In this document: in pieces, positions 1 to 10,300 of the stretch
Layout: each line of letters begins with the position of its first letter
Numbering within the stretch: position 1 is the first letter of the stretch
Source: a virus
Lineage: Duplodnaviria; Caudoviricetes
DNA: 36,459 bases
Virus record (IMG/VR): IMGVR_UViG_3300020379_000405
Coordinates: 1-36,459 of that record
Direction: 5' to 3' (one strand)
Made by a program: the position numbers and the translations under genes
Notes under the pieces: model-generated
Databases searched by the model: none
What the model was told of the DNA's origin: nothing
Seen by the model: only the letters and a program-made list of their open reading frames with translations

Positions 1-230
1 CAAACAGGTGAAGCGCCGCCATTAAACGTAACAAAACAAATAATGTCTGCCCTCGATGCAGTAGTCGTCAACGTAGGAGCCGTACCGCCAGCCCACTTAA
101 CGTTAGTTGTAGCACCACTAACTTGGAACACACCAGCCCGTGACCCAGAACCATCTTGGCTCAAAATAAGAGTCAAAGCTGTGCCTGCTTGCAAACCAGA
201 ATCCGCTGGCAAAGCAAACGTCACAGTCGC
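1..230. repeat. Terminal overlap, left copy (matches 36230-36459 at 225/230)
   Basis: Direct comparison shows differences only at 15, 57, 66, 114 and 153. Positions 154-230 (77 bp) are identical to the last 77 bp of the window. Confidence 0.97.
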
Positions 231-653
231 AGCATTCAAAGTATGCGACTGAGTGTTGCCGTTAGCCTCATCAATCGCAGGAGTCGCACCAGTATTACCA
301 CCGGCATACACAGTCTCGGAATAATCCTTATGCGTAACCGCCGACATCACCTGATCCCCACCAGTAACAGCTCCCCCAAGAGTCACAGCAGGCAACGTAG
401 AAGACCATGACGAACTACCAGCACCCGTACCTTGCAACAAAGTACCGCTAGTAGCGTTTGAGTTTGTAAACCCAAGTTTTGTTTCCAAAGCAACAATCGC
501 TTTAGAAAGATTCGTATGCAATAAATCATGCTCAACATTTGTTGCATCTAAATCAGTAGACGAAGCAGGTACCTCAGGAAACTGAACTGTTCCACCGGGT
601 GTACCACTAGTAACATCAAGCGCTGTTGGATATACTGTATCTGGGATTGCCAT
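1..653 (-). CDS. Tail fibre-like structural protein, 5' part (228 aa in total; continues across the junction to the stop at 36196)
   Basis: ATG at 653 preceded by TAGGAG. The frame MAIPDTVYPTALDVTSG...TVTFALPADSG is open to the window edge and joins ORF 36196..36453. It is Gly/Thr/Ser rich, and the C-terminal TLILSQDGSGSR...VKWAGGTAPTLTTTASRADII domain is typical of phage fibre proteins. The 5' part is missing from the ORF track. Confidence 0.75.
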   Translation of the reverse strand, partial: MAIPDTVYPTALDVTSGTPGGTVQFPEVPASSTDLDATNVEHDLLHTNLSKAIVALETKLGFTNSNATSGTLLQGTGAGSSSWSSTLPAVTLGGAVTGGDQVMSAVTHKDYSETVYAGGNTGATPAIDEANGNTQSHTLNAATVTFALPADSGLQAGTALTLILSQDGSGSRAGVFQVSGATTNVKWAGGTAPTLTTTASRADIICFVTFNGGASPV

Positions 654-662
654 TAGTTACTC

Positions 663-1106
663 CTACGGGGTTAAGTCAAGCGTAAAGATACCGCTTGGAT
701 TCCAAGTAATTTTAAATGTTCCTGCCGTAGTAGAGAAATTTCCACCAAAGTCAACAGCCCCAATCAACGGTTTGTTCGTAAGATCATCGTCATAAATCAC
801 TGCATAACGAGCATCAGTAATTGTACTTGAAGCCCACTCAACGTCCGCTGCATCCCAAGTGATAGTTCCACCACTCGTAGCAAACGTGATAGAAGTCAAA
901 GACTTCCCACCCGCAGTGTACCCAGTACCAGACACCTCGTTATTTACATCAGACTTAACAGAATGAGTGCTGTAATTCGGTGTGTACGATGCTGTCGTCA
1001 ACATAACTTTAAAACGATCAGCAGTCGTATCATTAAAATCAATATTAAAGTTCGCTGTCTGCTCTAGGTTGTATTCCATAGGCAGGCAGTAAAGGCCACT
1101 AGCCAT
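663..1106 (-). CDS. Virion structural protein (147 aa)
   Basis: GGAGG RBS. FKVMLTTASYTP...EVSGTGYTAGG...DAADVEW...ARYAVIY is a recurrent phage head/tail accessory family pattern. Lies downstream of the capsid gene. Confidence 0.7.
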   Translation of the reverse strand: MASGLYCLPMEYNLEQTANFNIDFNDTTADRFKVMLTTASYTPNYSTHSVKSDVNNEVSGTGYTAGGKSLTSITFATSGGTITWDAADVEWASSTITDARYAVIYDDDLTNKPLIGAVDFGGNFSTTAGTFKITWNPSGIFTLDLTP

Positions 1107-1173
1107 GTTTAGTTCCTCCGGTACCGGTTATAGGTTTAGGCCGAATCGTTACATCACCGTTTGGTTTTTGCAT
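1099..1173 (-). CDS. Possible 24-aa micro-ORF (MQKPNGDVTIRPKPITGTGGTKHG)
   Basis: Fills the gap exactly and overlaps both neighbours; no family recognised. Confidence 0.3.
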   Translation of the reverse strand: MQKPNGDVTIRPKPITGTGGTKHG

Positions 1174-1255
1174 TCTTTTTCTTTTTCCTTGCAGCAGCAG
1201 CGGCCTTTTTACCTTTAGCTGTATAGGGGTACTTTTTTCCGTTTACGTTAGGCAT
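1154..1255 (-). CDS. Small basic protein, 33 aa (MPNVNGKKYPYTAKGKKAAAAARKKKKNAKTKR)
   Basis: Translated by hand. Lys/Ala-rich, resembling small basic peptides of aquatic phages. An extended -10 lies 7 nt upstream, suggesting a leaderless start. Confidence 0.7.
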   Translation of the reverse strand: MPNVNGKKYPYTAKGKKAAAAARKKKKNAKTKR

Positions 1256-1262
1256 AAATAAA

Positions 1263-1271
1263 ACATTAGCA
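1263..1271 (-). promoter_or_regulatory. Extended -10 (TGcTAATGT), candidate leaderless promoter
   Basis: Minus strand reads TG-C-TAATGT-TTTATTT-ATG(1255); no SD present. Confidence 0.5.
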
Positions 1272-1319
1272 GAAAAGAGCAGGAGGGCCGGGGAAAGGGG
1301 GAAAACCCAGCCCCCCTGC
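1271..1319 (-). terminator. Intrinsic terminator after the capsid gene
   Basis: Minus strand has a GC stem GCAGGGGGGCTGGG...CCCGGCCCTCCTGC followed by TCTTTTCT, 16 nt after the capsid stop. Confidence 0.65.
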
Positions 1320-1335
1320 GACTCTGTGGCGTTAA

Positions 1336-2280
1336 CTAGGAGTTATCGCCAATGCTGGAAATGCTTTCCACACGTTGCAGTGATTCCTCACGGAATCGAC
1401 CGTAACCAACGAGGTGGTACCAGCCAACTGGGTTGAACCGGCGCAGGCTGTCGGTCACAGGACCAACAACAATGCTTGGCTCAGGTCCAAATCCGGGGGC
1501 ACGAGAGAATGCTTTAGCAATTCCCTGTCGTCCACAGATAAGTGTCTGGTATGCATCAAAGTTTGAAGCACCGCCGTCAGCGATTAGACCTGCACGAGGG
1601 TTTTCAATGTACATAACGCCATTGAAAGTACCGATTGAACCTGCCCGAATAGCTTGGCCGTCCTGTTGTACTTGGTATTGGATAACGTCAGTCACCGTTG
1701 TGTCGCTACGAAGATCGTAGGAAACGTCTGGGTGAATGATTCCCATGTAGTTGCCGTTTTCCCAGCCCGGAGCGTTACGGCTACGAAGCTGTGCGACAGC
1801 TTTACGACCATCAGCAGCAGTGTATTCATCGCCTGTAGTCAAAGCGGCACGGTTAGCAGCACCACCGCTGTAGTCTACGTTAGTGCCACCGTTTGCAACA
1901 TCTGACACAATCTTGTCGAGTGAGTCAGCCATGTTGTAACCAATAATGTTGGCTGCATCTGCGTCAACATTAAGGAATGAGGTGCCACGTACCTTAGCAG
2001 TAGTGATTACAGCGTTGCCGTATTCTGCAAGAGTTACGGTAACTGCACTGTCTGTTAAAGCTACAGCAGTTACATCACTAGCTTCAGTGAGTGCTGATGT
2101 CGCTTGTGACATGTCAGCATAAAATGTGAATTGTACGCCAGAACCGTTATGGCTCTGGTTAGTTGAACGAACGTCCGCAACCATTTCAAATAATGGCTGT
2201 GAACGAAGGGCAAAGAACGCTGTCTGGTCAAACGCAGTTTTTACTGAGTCGCCTAGCGTAGAAGTGGTTGTATAAGCCAC
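1336..2280 (-). CDS. Major capsid protein, N4-gp56/T7-like family
   Basis: 314 aa with family-typical LTE, VTVTLAEYGN, IIHPDVSYDLR, IGTFNGV and D.LRRF.PVGWY motifs. Follows the scaffold-like gene. Confidence 0.9.
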   Translation of the reverse strand: MAYTTTSTLGDSVKTAFDQTAFFALRSQPLFEMVADVRSTNQSHNGSGVQFTFYADMSQATSALTEASDVTAVALTDSAVTVTLAEYGNAVITTAKVRGTSFLNVDADAANIIGYNMADSLDKIVSDVANGGTNVDYSGGAANRAALTTGDEYTAADGRKAVAQLRSRNAPGWENGNYMGIIHPDVSYDLRSDTTVTDVIQYQVQQDGQAIRAGSIGTFNGVMYIENPRAGLIADGGASNFDAYQTLICGRQGIAKAFSRAPGFGPEPSIVVGPVTDSLRRFNPVGWYHLVGYGRFREESLQRVESISSIGDNS

Positions 2281-2318
2281 GGATAATCCTTCGGTGAGGA
2301 CTCCGATGCTTCAGTAAC

Positions 2319-2801
2319 TTAGGCTGTTGCCCCCCAATGAACTCCTTCGCTTTCCATTAAAGCTCGTAATTCATCTGGGTTTTTAGTGGCCTTAATGCGA
2401 GCATCAAGGTCAGGTGGTGCAACCGGATCTCCACCTTCACCAGCGGAATAAATTCGTTCTTCTGCTTTTAAAACGTCAGGCATAATTGAATCAGATTGCT
2501 GTACTGGAGGAGCATTATCGCTAACAAACCCTGCTGCTTCCGCTTCTGCGCGAATAGCAGATGGGTCTAACTCCCCATCGTAACCTTTAACAAAATACTT
2601 GACACGAGCATCATCAGGATCAAGTCCTGCTGAACGGAACGTATCCCGACGTTCATAACCAGAAATCCGGTTTTCAGCTTCTGAAGCACGAGCTTCAGCT
2701 TCTTTCAACCGTGTTTCTAAATCACGACGCCAGTTTGGCTTCGATTCGGATGAACTGGCAGAACCACTGTCACTGTAATCAGCGGAGTCATTTTCTGTCA
2801 T
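2319..2801 (-). CDS. Capsid scaffolding protein (putative)
   Basis: 160 aa, acidic, with an N-terminal coiled coil; immediately upstream of the capsid gene; AGGTGA RBS. Confidence 0.7.
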   Translation of the reverse strand: MTENDSADYSDSGSASSSESKPNWRRDLETRLKEAEARASEAENRISGYERRDTFRSAGLDPDDARVKYFVKGYDGELDPSAIRAEAEAAGFVSDNAPPVQQSDSIMPDVLKAEERIYSAGEGGDPVAPPDLDARIKATKNPDELRALMESEGVHWGATA

Positions 2802-2854
2802 ATGTCACTCACCTGTTGTACGCATCCTCAGCGGTGGAACTTTGGATGGAAAAT

Positions 2855-2903
2855 TGTTTAGAGTTAGCTCGCCTCGCAAGGGCCAACTGCTAAACAGAAT
2901 TAT
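2855..2903 (-). promoter_or_regulatory. TATAAT -10 followed by a 5'-leader hairpin for the scaffold-capsid transcript
   Basis: Minus strand TATAAT (2903-2898), then TGTTTAG-CAGTTGGC-CCTTGCGAGG-CGAGCTAACT-CTAAACA. A G-U pair favours the minus strand. Confidence 0.5.
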
Positions 2904-2924
2904 AAATAACAGAGTTAACTAATG

Positions 2925-4409
2925 TCAAGTACTGGCACCATAACCAGCAGCACCTGTCCCAGATATCAACATACCTGATTGACCACTTGATTCAGCTATC
3001 CGTTCTTCACGTCGGCGTCTAACCTTGTTAGCTGCTATAGGATCTAACCCAAATTCGCCAGCAGCAAGATCAGATGCACTAATTTCATCTTGTTCACCTA
3101 AAGCTTGATCAATTATTCCTGCTTGTGGGCTTAAACGTTGTTGTATTTCACGTCGCTGTATACCTTCGCGTTGCAAAGCTGTAGCAGTTTCTCTATCAAA
3201 ACCTGTTGTCCCAAGAACATTCATAGCAGTAGCTGATAAACCAGCAGCTTCAAATGCACGGCGTTCTTCTATAAGATTTGTGGCTAATTCTGGATCAAGA
3301 TAATAAGCAACAAGATCAGGTTCATCGATACCATACAACCGTTTTAATTCTTCTTTAGTTGCAGGATCAGCACCTTTAGTCGCTAATTCAGCCAAAGTAA
3401 CTCGTTCTCCAAACTCATTTGGTGACACATCTTGGCCTATAAGGTTAGCGAAGTCCATTCTGTCGTCATAAAAACGTGCTGGAAGGCCATGAGTACGCAG
3501 CAACATAGCGTATTCGTCTTCATTCGCCATGTATTCGGCTTCTGTTATAGACCCAAACCCGTTATCTCGCCGTATCCCCATACCGGGGAATCGTGTTTTG
3601 TATTCGTCTGTTTGACGTATTTCAAGAGCAATAGCTTCTTCAGACAAACCGTCAACCATGAATTGTTTTAATTTGCTTACAACGCTTGTTGATAAACCAA
3701 AGGCACCAACAAGTCTCATAAGGATAGCTGTTGCTCCTTCTACACCAGACGCAGCTAGTTGAGCATTCCGTTCAGCATCGGTAAGCATGTTTGTGCGTTC
3801 AATAGATTTTGCACTACCTACCCCATCATCATCAGAAAATGCAGGGTTTTCTTCCCAAACAACTGTCCCATCAATTAACTTTCGAGGCTGCCATAATTGA
3901 ACCCCGTCGCTATTTTCTGGGTTATCATCTGGTTCGTTTGCAAGTGACCTAACGTAACCCTCATTGCCACCAGACGAAAAGAACCCAGACTCTCTGCTGT
4001 AACCACCCGGTAAATTACCTAAATAATCTCGTACATTGTCATTAAAAAACGATGTATCAATGTTAGCTAAATCTCCACCTGTATAAGTACCGGCTTCAAT
4101 GTCCTCTTTTAAAAGATCTAAACCTTGTAAACCTTCAAACCGTGCAGCGAACTTACCGTAATCCTCCATTGTCATAGCTGTCGGAGCAGCAGGAACAGTA
4201 GTATCTACATTTTGCTCATTAGTTGTTGAATCTTCGTTTTCATTGTCGCCATCATTAAGCGAATCTGTCGAAGTATCTTCTTCATCTTCTTTACCTTCAT
4301 CTTTTGTATCATCAACTGGGACTTGTGTTGGTTCCGTACGCAACCAACGATTAGTCGTCTTCCTAGTAAATTGTGCAAAAGGCTCTACAAACGTATCTGT
4401 AAACTCCAT
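2925..4409 (-). CDS. Putative internal virion/ejection protein (494 aa)
   Basis: Acidic low-complexity N-terminus and helical C-half; part of the coupled block between portal and scaffold. Function inferred from position. Confidence 0.55.
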   Translation of the reverse strand: MEFTDTFVEPFAQFTRKTTNRWLRTEPTQVPVDDTKDEGKEDEEDTSTDSLNDGDNENEDSTTNEQNVDTTVPAAPTAMTMEDYGKFAARFEGLQGLDLLKEDIEAGTYTGGDLANIDTSFFNDNVRDYLGNLPGGYSRESGFFSSGGNEGYVRSLANEPDDNPENSDGVQLWQPRKLIDGTVVWEENPAFSDDDGVGSAKSIERTNMLTDAERNAQLAASGVEGATAILMRLVGAFGLSTSVVSKLKQFMVDGLSEEAIALEIRQTDEYKTRFPGMGIRRDNGFGSITEAEYMANEDEYAMLLRTHGLPARFYDDRMDFANLIGQDVSPNEFGERVTLAELATKGADPATKEELKRLYGIDEPDLVAYYLDPELATNLIEERRAFEAAGLSATAMNVLGTTGFDRETATALQREGIQRREIQQRLSPQAGIIDQALGEQDEISASDLAAGEFGLDPIAANKVRRRREERIAESSGQSGMLISGTGAAGYGAST

Positions 4410-6499
4410 CAGACCCTAATCCCAAAACTATTTAGAACCGTATCAACAGTCGAATACGCTTCATCACGAGCATTAACACTAGTATCCCACTCAGGCGTAG
4501 CACGCACATAACGCTCAAACTCGCCACGAGTCATAGGCCGACCAAGCCCATCACCAGAAACCATAGTGTCAGTCAAAGCACTAAACATTTTGCTGTCACC
4601 ACCAAGAAAATCAACAGGTCTGCCAAGCAAATTAGAAGCAACATTGCCATAAGAAGCAAAATAAGCACTAGGCGTATAGCCCTGATCTATTAAAGAAGCA
4701 ATCGCAGGGTTCATATCTTTAGAACTGCTAGCAAACCCAGCATTTATACCTTCGTACGTTGCTTTTCCTAAATAAATATCTTGTGCAAACTGATCTAATG
4801 ACGTGTCATCTAACTTCAACATGTAAGTAGCAGCATTAGACTGCAACTTTTGACGAATAGCACCAAACGTTCCTGAACCTTTGACAGCATTTGGGTCAAA
4901 AGCAAGATTCACATTTATTAAAAACTCGTTTTTCATTTCAAAATCAGTCATGTTTAATTGTTTAGCGTTATACGCCATACCCATAACTGCGTTTTTAACT
5001 TTGACTTGGTTTGTGTCAATGCCAATACGTTCTGCTTCAAGAATCAAACTGTCGTATGTGTCATCTAACAATTCCAACATATCTGGTTTCATATTTAACC
5101 AACCCTCACTCGGGTCATAGTTAGGAAACCAATCGTCTGTTCCCCCAGCCCTAAACCAATCACTTTGGAATTGACGTGCAGCAGGCCCATTTTCTGCAAA
5201 CCATTTTGTTTGTTGGAACAAACTCCATATCACATCAGGGTTTTCTTCTTGATCGTCAATAATCCATTGAATAACATTTTTTGTTACCCCGTTTTTAGTG
5301 ACCTCTAAATCATCATTTTGAAGAAAAAACTGTACTGACCCAAAGTTTTCACTGATGTAATCCATCGCAGCGTCAGTAAGTTGGCTTCCTTTATTTTGGT
5401 TAACAACACCAGTGCCTGTACCGCTACCGTCATCGTTGTTCTGCCCATCAAGGTCAAGAGCAGGGTCAGGATCAGGGGCAATAATAGGTTCACCCTGTCT
5501 TTGTTGCATCCTAAACTGCTGCCGTTGAGCTTCCGAATCTATATTAAGCGCAGTTTGATCAACTATTTCTTCTTCTGTTTCGACAACAGTGTCAAGACCT
5601 TCACGAATACGTTCTGACTCTGTTAACCCTTCAGCCCCAGAAACTAAATCATCACGATCTAACTGACCCGGCAAAGGTTCTGTGCGTATCTCTTTGTCTA
5701 TCGCAACAGGACCTTCGTCAATCCCACGTTTAATTAACTGTAAAGCAGGAGGTCCCTCTTTAATATCACCTTTAGAATTTTTAATAGCACTATTTATACG
5801 TTCACTTATTTCACTTTTTGCAGTGTCAGACAAAACTTCATATATCGAAGCTGGTTGTATACCTTCAGAAACAATCTTAGTTAACGTATCCCCAAAGTTT
5901 TTTAACTCAATAGCTTCTGAAACTATAGTCAAAGCATTATTTTTTTCTTTTTCAACCTCAGCAACAGTATCTTTTAAACGTTGTTGAAGCTGGTTGACAT
6001 CCATTGTCGTGCTAAGAGGTTGCCAAAAAATGTTTGGCCCCATCCCTAATTCTTCAGCACGATTATCGATCCAAGTTCTCCACTCTTGGGGTGTAAGAGC
6101 TTTACCTTCTGTTACCGCAGTATCACGCCGATGTCTTTTAATATCTTTATCAAGAGTCGCTGCTTGTTTTTTAAATGCATTAGCAGCGTTAACAATAGCT
6201 TGTGCTCTTTCTTCAATCGTATAAGTAACTGTTTCTATACTGCCTGCTGCTCCACCTCCGAAACCACCTTGATCTTTGATGTTTGTACCAACAACATCTA
6301 AGAATCTGCTAGAAGCAAACTCACGCCCAGTTCTATCTTTTTGCAACTCGTCTAAACGTTTTATACGGCTTTCTACGTCTTCGAGAATACGGTCTTTAAC
6401 ATTCCAGAAAGCAAGATCTAAAGCATTGTTCTCACTTTTTTTTGAAGAAAAAGCTTTAACACCTTTTTTAAACTCTTTAAACGTGTCGAGTATATTCAT
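4409..6499 (-). CDS. Putative internal virion/ejection protein (696 aa)
   Basis: Long helical ORF with 1-nt stop/start overlaps on both sides; no catalytic motif recognised. Confidence 0.55.
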   Translation of the reverse strand: MNILDTFKEFKKGVKAFSSKKSENNALDLAFWNVKDRILEDVESRIKRLDELQKDRTGREFASSRFLDVVGTNIKDQGGFGGGAAGSIETVTYTIEERAQAIVNAANAFKKQAATLDKDIKRHRRDTAVTEGKALTPQEWRTWIDNRAEELGMGPNIFWQPLSTTMDVNQLQQRLKDTVAEVEKEKNNALTIVSEAIELKNFGDTLTKIVSEGIQPASIYEVLSDTAKSEISERINSAIKNSKGDIKEGPPALQLIKRGIDEGPVAIDKEIRTEPLPGQLDRDDLVSGAEGLTESERIREGLDTVVETEEEIVDQTALNIDSEAQRQQFRMQQRQGEPIIAPDPDPALDLDGQNNDDGSGTGTGVVNQNKGSQLTDAAMDYISENFGSVQFFLQNDDLEVTKNGVTKNVIQWIIDDQEENPDVIWSLFQQTKWFAENGPAARQFQSDWFRAGGTDDWFPNYDPSEGWLNMKPDMLELLDDTYDSLILEAERIGIDTNQVKVKNAVMGMAYNAKQLNMTDFEMKNEFLINVNLAFDPNAVKGSGTFGAIRQKLQSNAATYMLKLDDTSLDQFAQDIYLGKATYEGINAGFASSSKDMNPAIASLIDQGYTPSAYFASYGNVASNLLGRPVDFLGGDSKMFSALTDTMVSGDGLGRPMTRGEFERYVRATPEWDTSVNARDEAYSTVDTVLNSFGIRV

Positions 6500-7347
6500 T
6501 ATTTTAATCCTAAAGCATTTTTAACATTCTGAGCAGAATTGTAAGCCTTAACACCAGCAGCACGTTCAGAGTCCAACCCAGAAACAATCGCACCTACCTC
6601 AGACCCAATATTCATTTTTTGATCTGTCGGCAATGCATGGACAGCGGCAACAACAGCTTGCATTTGTTCGTTACTTAAACCACGTTGCAAATGCGTACTA
6701 GCTGCTTGCTCCGCCATTGCAATAATTGTGTTACGTGAATACTGAGGTGCCTTTTTACTTTTAGTAATTTCATTAAATTTCTTTTGTAAAGCTTCAGGAT
6801 CTGTGCTTTTTAACAAAGCATCGATAGTAGGTGCTCTACCTAAACCAGCACCTCCAGCTTGGGCAAATGCATTTGCGTCACGAACTGCGGCCAACATGCC
6901 GTTAGCTACATTTTCGTATTCATAAATTTCCGAAAAGTCTTCTTCGGGAACAATAAAATCGTTAAAAAACAAACCTTCAGCAATTTGTTCCCATGTTCCG
7001 TCATCGTTTTTAAATGCATTCATCATTTGGTCAAACGCATCTTTACCCGTAACAGCTACCTTGACATCAATAGCTACTTCACCTTTACGCCCTTCAATAG
7101 GTGTATCGGTAACTTCAATAAACATTTCTGATGGATCTGTCGGATCACCAACAATCGGGTATGCCCCAGAACCAACTATATTTTGAACTTCTATCGGAGA
7201 TAAATCGCCTACTCTTCGACCATATCTTGTAGCGTCTTTGGTGCCGATTACATAGCTGTCTGCTATGCCGGGACGTGTAGGATCACTTATTGAAATCCCT
7301 CGTTGTTGTCCTGCCTGCAATATTTCAGGTGATGGGGTAGAACTCAA
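6499..7347 (-). CDS. Putative internal virion protein (282 aa)
   Basis: Overlaps the 1827-aa gene by 4 nt and the 696-aa gene by 1 nt; AGGAG RBS. Confidence 0.5.
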   Translation of the reverse strand: MSSTPSPEILQAGQQRGISISDPTRPGIADSYVIGTKDATRYGRRVGDLSPIEVQNIVGSGAYPIVGDPTDPSEMFIEVTDTPIEGRKGEVAIDVKVAVTGKDAFDQMMNAFKNDDGTWEQIAEGLFFNDFIVPEEDFSEIYEYENVANGMLAAVRDANAFAQAGGAGLGRAPTIDALLKSTDPEALQKKFNEITKSKKAPQYSRNTIIAMAEQAASTHLQRGLSNEQMQAVVAAVHALPTDQKMNIGSEVGAIVSGLDSERAAGVKAYNSAQNVKNALGLK

Positions 7348-10300
7348 ACGTCTGCTCCTTGTGTCGCTAAATAGCTAGAAGGCCATGAGACACGACTTAT
7401 ACTGTCGTCATTGTCAAAGTAACGACTAAAGATAGCTGCAAAAGATGGTTTAGAACTTATCTCTAACCTAAATTGTAACCACAGTTGTTTTAAGTCTGCA
7501 TTGATTTTATGACTTAACCCAGCATGATCTGGATTGTTACTAGCATTTTCTCGTCGTTCTAACTCTTCGGAAATTAAATCCCTTGTTTTTATATATTCTT
7601 CAATAAACGGATACTCAACTCGTTTACCAAACAAATCTGGATTCTCAACTACATTTCTAAAAGAATGAACAACTTCAGATATCTCGGCTGCACTTCTAAC
7701 CGTGTCAAATGTTTCTTTCCATCTAGGGTTTACAGCCGCTATTTCTTCAACAATCCGATTTTTTAATTTTTGCAAATCAGTATTTGATTTAGCATTCAAA
7801 TTAACACTTAACCCATTTAAACCACGACGAGTCAACTCAGCGTTAATAACCTGCATTTGATCGTTGTACTCATGAAACCCTGCTGCTTCACTTGCACGAG
7901 TATAAATTTCAGAAGGCTCTAATCGAACTCTGCGTCCTTCATTTATTTCTTTAATTTGAACTGCTCGGTTATATTCAAAACCTGATTGCAAATCCCCAAC
8001 TTTACCGACAATAAAATCGCCTATCTCTTCGTTATTATCTGCAAAGTCTTTAGTTTCTTGATAAAGCTTTTCACCTTCTAATGTTGCTGCTGCAACACCT
8101 CGGGCATCTGTTGCACGACCTAAAATCCCGTACATTTCAGGGTGTTTTGCAAACAACCATTCAGTAGCTGCTTCGTTACCAGCCCTTGCTACTTCACGGT
8201 TAAACCCGTTAATAATTTTTTTATACGGAGATTGTGCAACAAATCGAAGTGGCAAAGCTAAATTGCCTAACATTTGGATTATTAAAATTTGTCTTGCGCG
8301 AGTTTCGATTTCGTTTTCAAATGCTGCTTTTTCAGCTTCTGTTTCTACCGCAATACCAGCTTCGTAATACTCTGCCATTACATCTGCCGTGATACGTGCA
8401 ACAACTTTTTGTCGTTGAGCAGTATTAAACAAAGCACTAGTAGCTGTTTTAGTCCACGTAGGTTGCAGTTGTTTTATTGCACGTTCTAAAAACGATTGGC
8501 CTTCTGTAGGGCCATAAGGAAGCAACACTTCAAACGCTTCAGCAAGTTCTGGGACTTTTAAAAGTGTTTCACTTGCTGGTATAGCCATAAGCGGACCAAA
8601 TCCCGGTAAACCAGCGCTAATCATCGAAACAGATCCAAAGTTAAAATCTATTTCGTTGTCTCCTAAAGCAGAAAGATTGCCAAACAATTTGATCCCTGCA
8701 ATATCCGCACTCATCCATGATTCTGGTAGCCGTAAAACAAATATTGGGTCACCGTTTTCATCTTTGGCGTCCATTATTTGTACCGCTTGACGGAAGTTAC
8801 GTGTTCCACTAGCCACAAAAGCAGGATTGCGAACTGCTAGTCCTGTCCATCGTGTTATAACTTCTTGCCATGCACCATAAAACGGCATGATGTTGGCAAA
8901 CATTTCTTCAAACTTTGAACGTTCTGCTAAATCATACAAAAGGTTGCGTGTTTCTTTAAGAGCTACGTTTCGTGATGCAGTTTCTATTTTTTTAATGTCA
9001 GATTCTTTAAGTTTGAATCGTCCATTATTTTCAAAAGATGCTAAACGGTTTGCCATTTCTCTTGAATAAGCGCTTCTAAATACAAGACTTCGAGTCAAAA
9101 TATCTGTCGGCATTGTTCCAATGTTTTGGAACATAGAATCCAGTTGTCCACCAATTCTTTCTAACAAACGACCTTGTTTAGCAGCATCTTCAAATTTAGA
9201 GTCACCTATTACTTTCCCAAAATCAGGTTCGTTTAATGCATCTCTGACATTGTTGATATCGCCTTCGTATTTGCGATCAACAATCGGTTGGATATCTCTA
9301 TCCCAGTTAACTTCTCGTCCTTCAACAATTTGTTTACGAACATCTGCAAAATCTGGGTGGTTAGGTACTAAAGAATTAAACTCATCTCTCATAATCTGCA
9401 ACACATCGTTGTAATCAGAAAGATCTGTTTGATCAAAATAGTGCGGCATAGCATCTCGTAAAACAGCGCCATCTCCTGATTGAAGCCACGCAACTAATTC
9501 GTCATTTGTTTTGTCTTGCCACATCAAACGTTGAAAATCTTGATAAGCGTTTACTACCGTTGGATCGGTAGAAGGCACAAACTGTCTATTCACAGTATCG
9601 TTGTAAGCCTGTACAAACCCTTCACGTTGCTTAGGGCCAGCCGCTCCATCAAATTGTCGTGGTTCACGCAACTGTCGTTGTGTTCTCTGGTTAGCTTGCG
9701 AAGCAGAATCCCATAACGCACGGTTAGAGTTATCAGCAGAAATAGCGTTTCTATAAATAGCTATTTGTTGTGGCGTATTCCCAAAATGATTTGCATACGA
9801 AACACCGCCAATATGAGCGCCCCCAAGCCCAGCATCAGTCAAGATTTTGCCTGCTTTATCAAAATTGCTATACAGTTCAATGTTTTCTTCGCGCATCCCA
9901 TTTACTTTTGCTAACTGTTGTTCATCTAACAGCTTCGCTTGTGTTTCTAAAAGATCAGAAGCAACTCTTAAATCTTTAATTTTTTGATTAGCAGCAGCTA
10001 ACTCTGTGGGATTAGTTACATCAGCTACGCTGGCTCTAATAGTTTTAATTTCATCATTTAACTGTGAACGTGCTACAGACCGAAGTTGCAAACCTATTGC
10101 ACTTCCAGTTTCTATCTGAGCTAACCGTTGTAACGAACTTCGTGCCATGACGTTGTACAAAGCGCCAATAGCTAACCCAAGTGGGCCTGCAATTACACCT
10201 GCACCTACGCCTACAACAGCGCTGCGAGTGTTAATTCGTTTTCTGCCGTAGTTTTCGTAGATGCTTTTGCGAACTAAACTTGTTGCAGCTTCGTCACCTT

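Noticed and set aside
1-230. DGR template/variable repeat pair in a fibre gene
   Set aside because: Differences are synonymous and not adenine-specific on either strand, and no reverse transcriptase is encoded.
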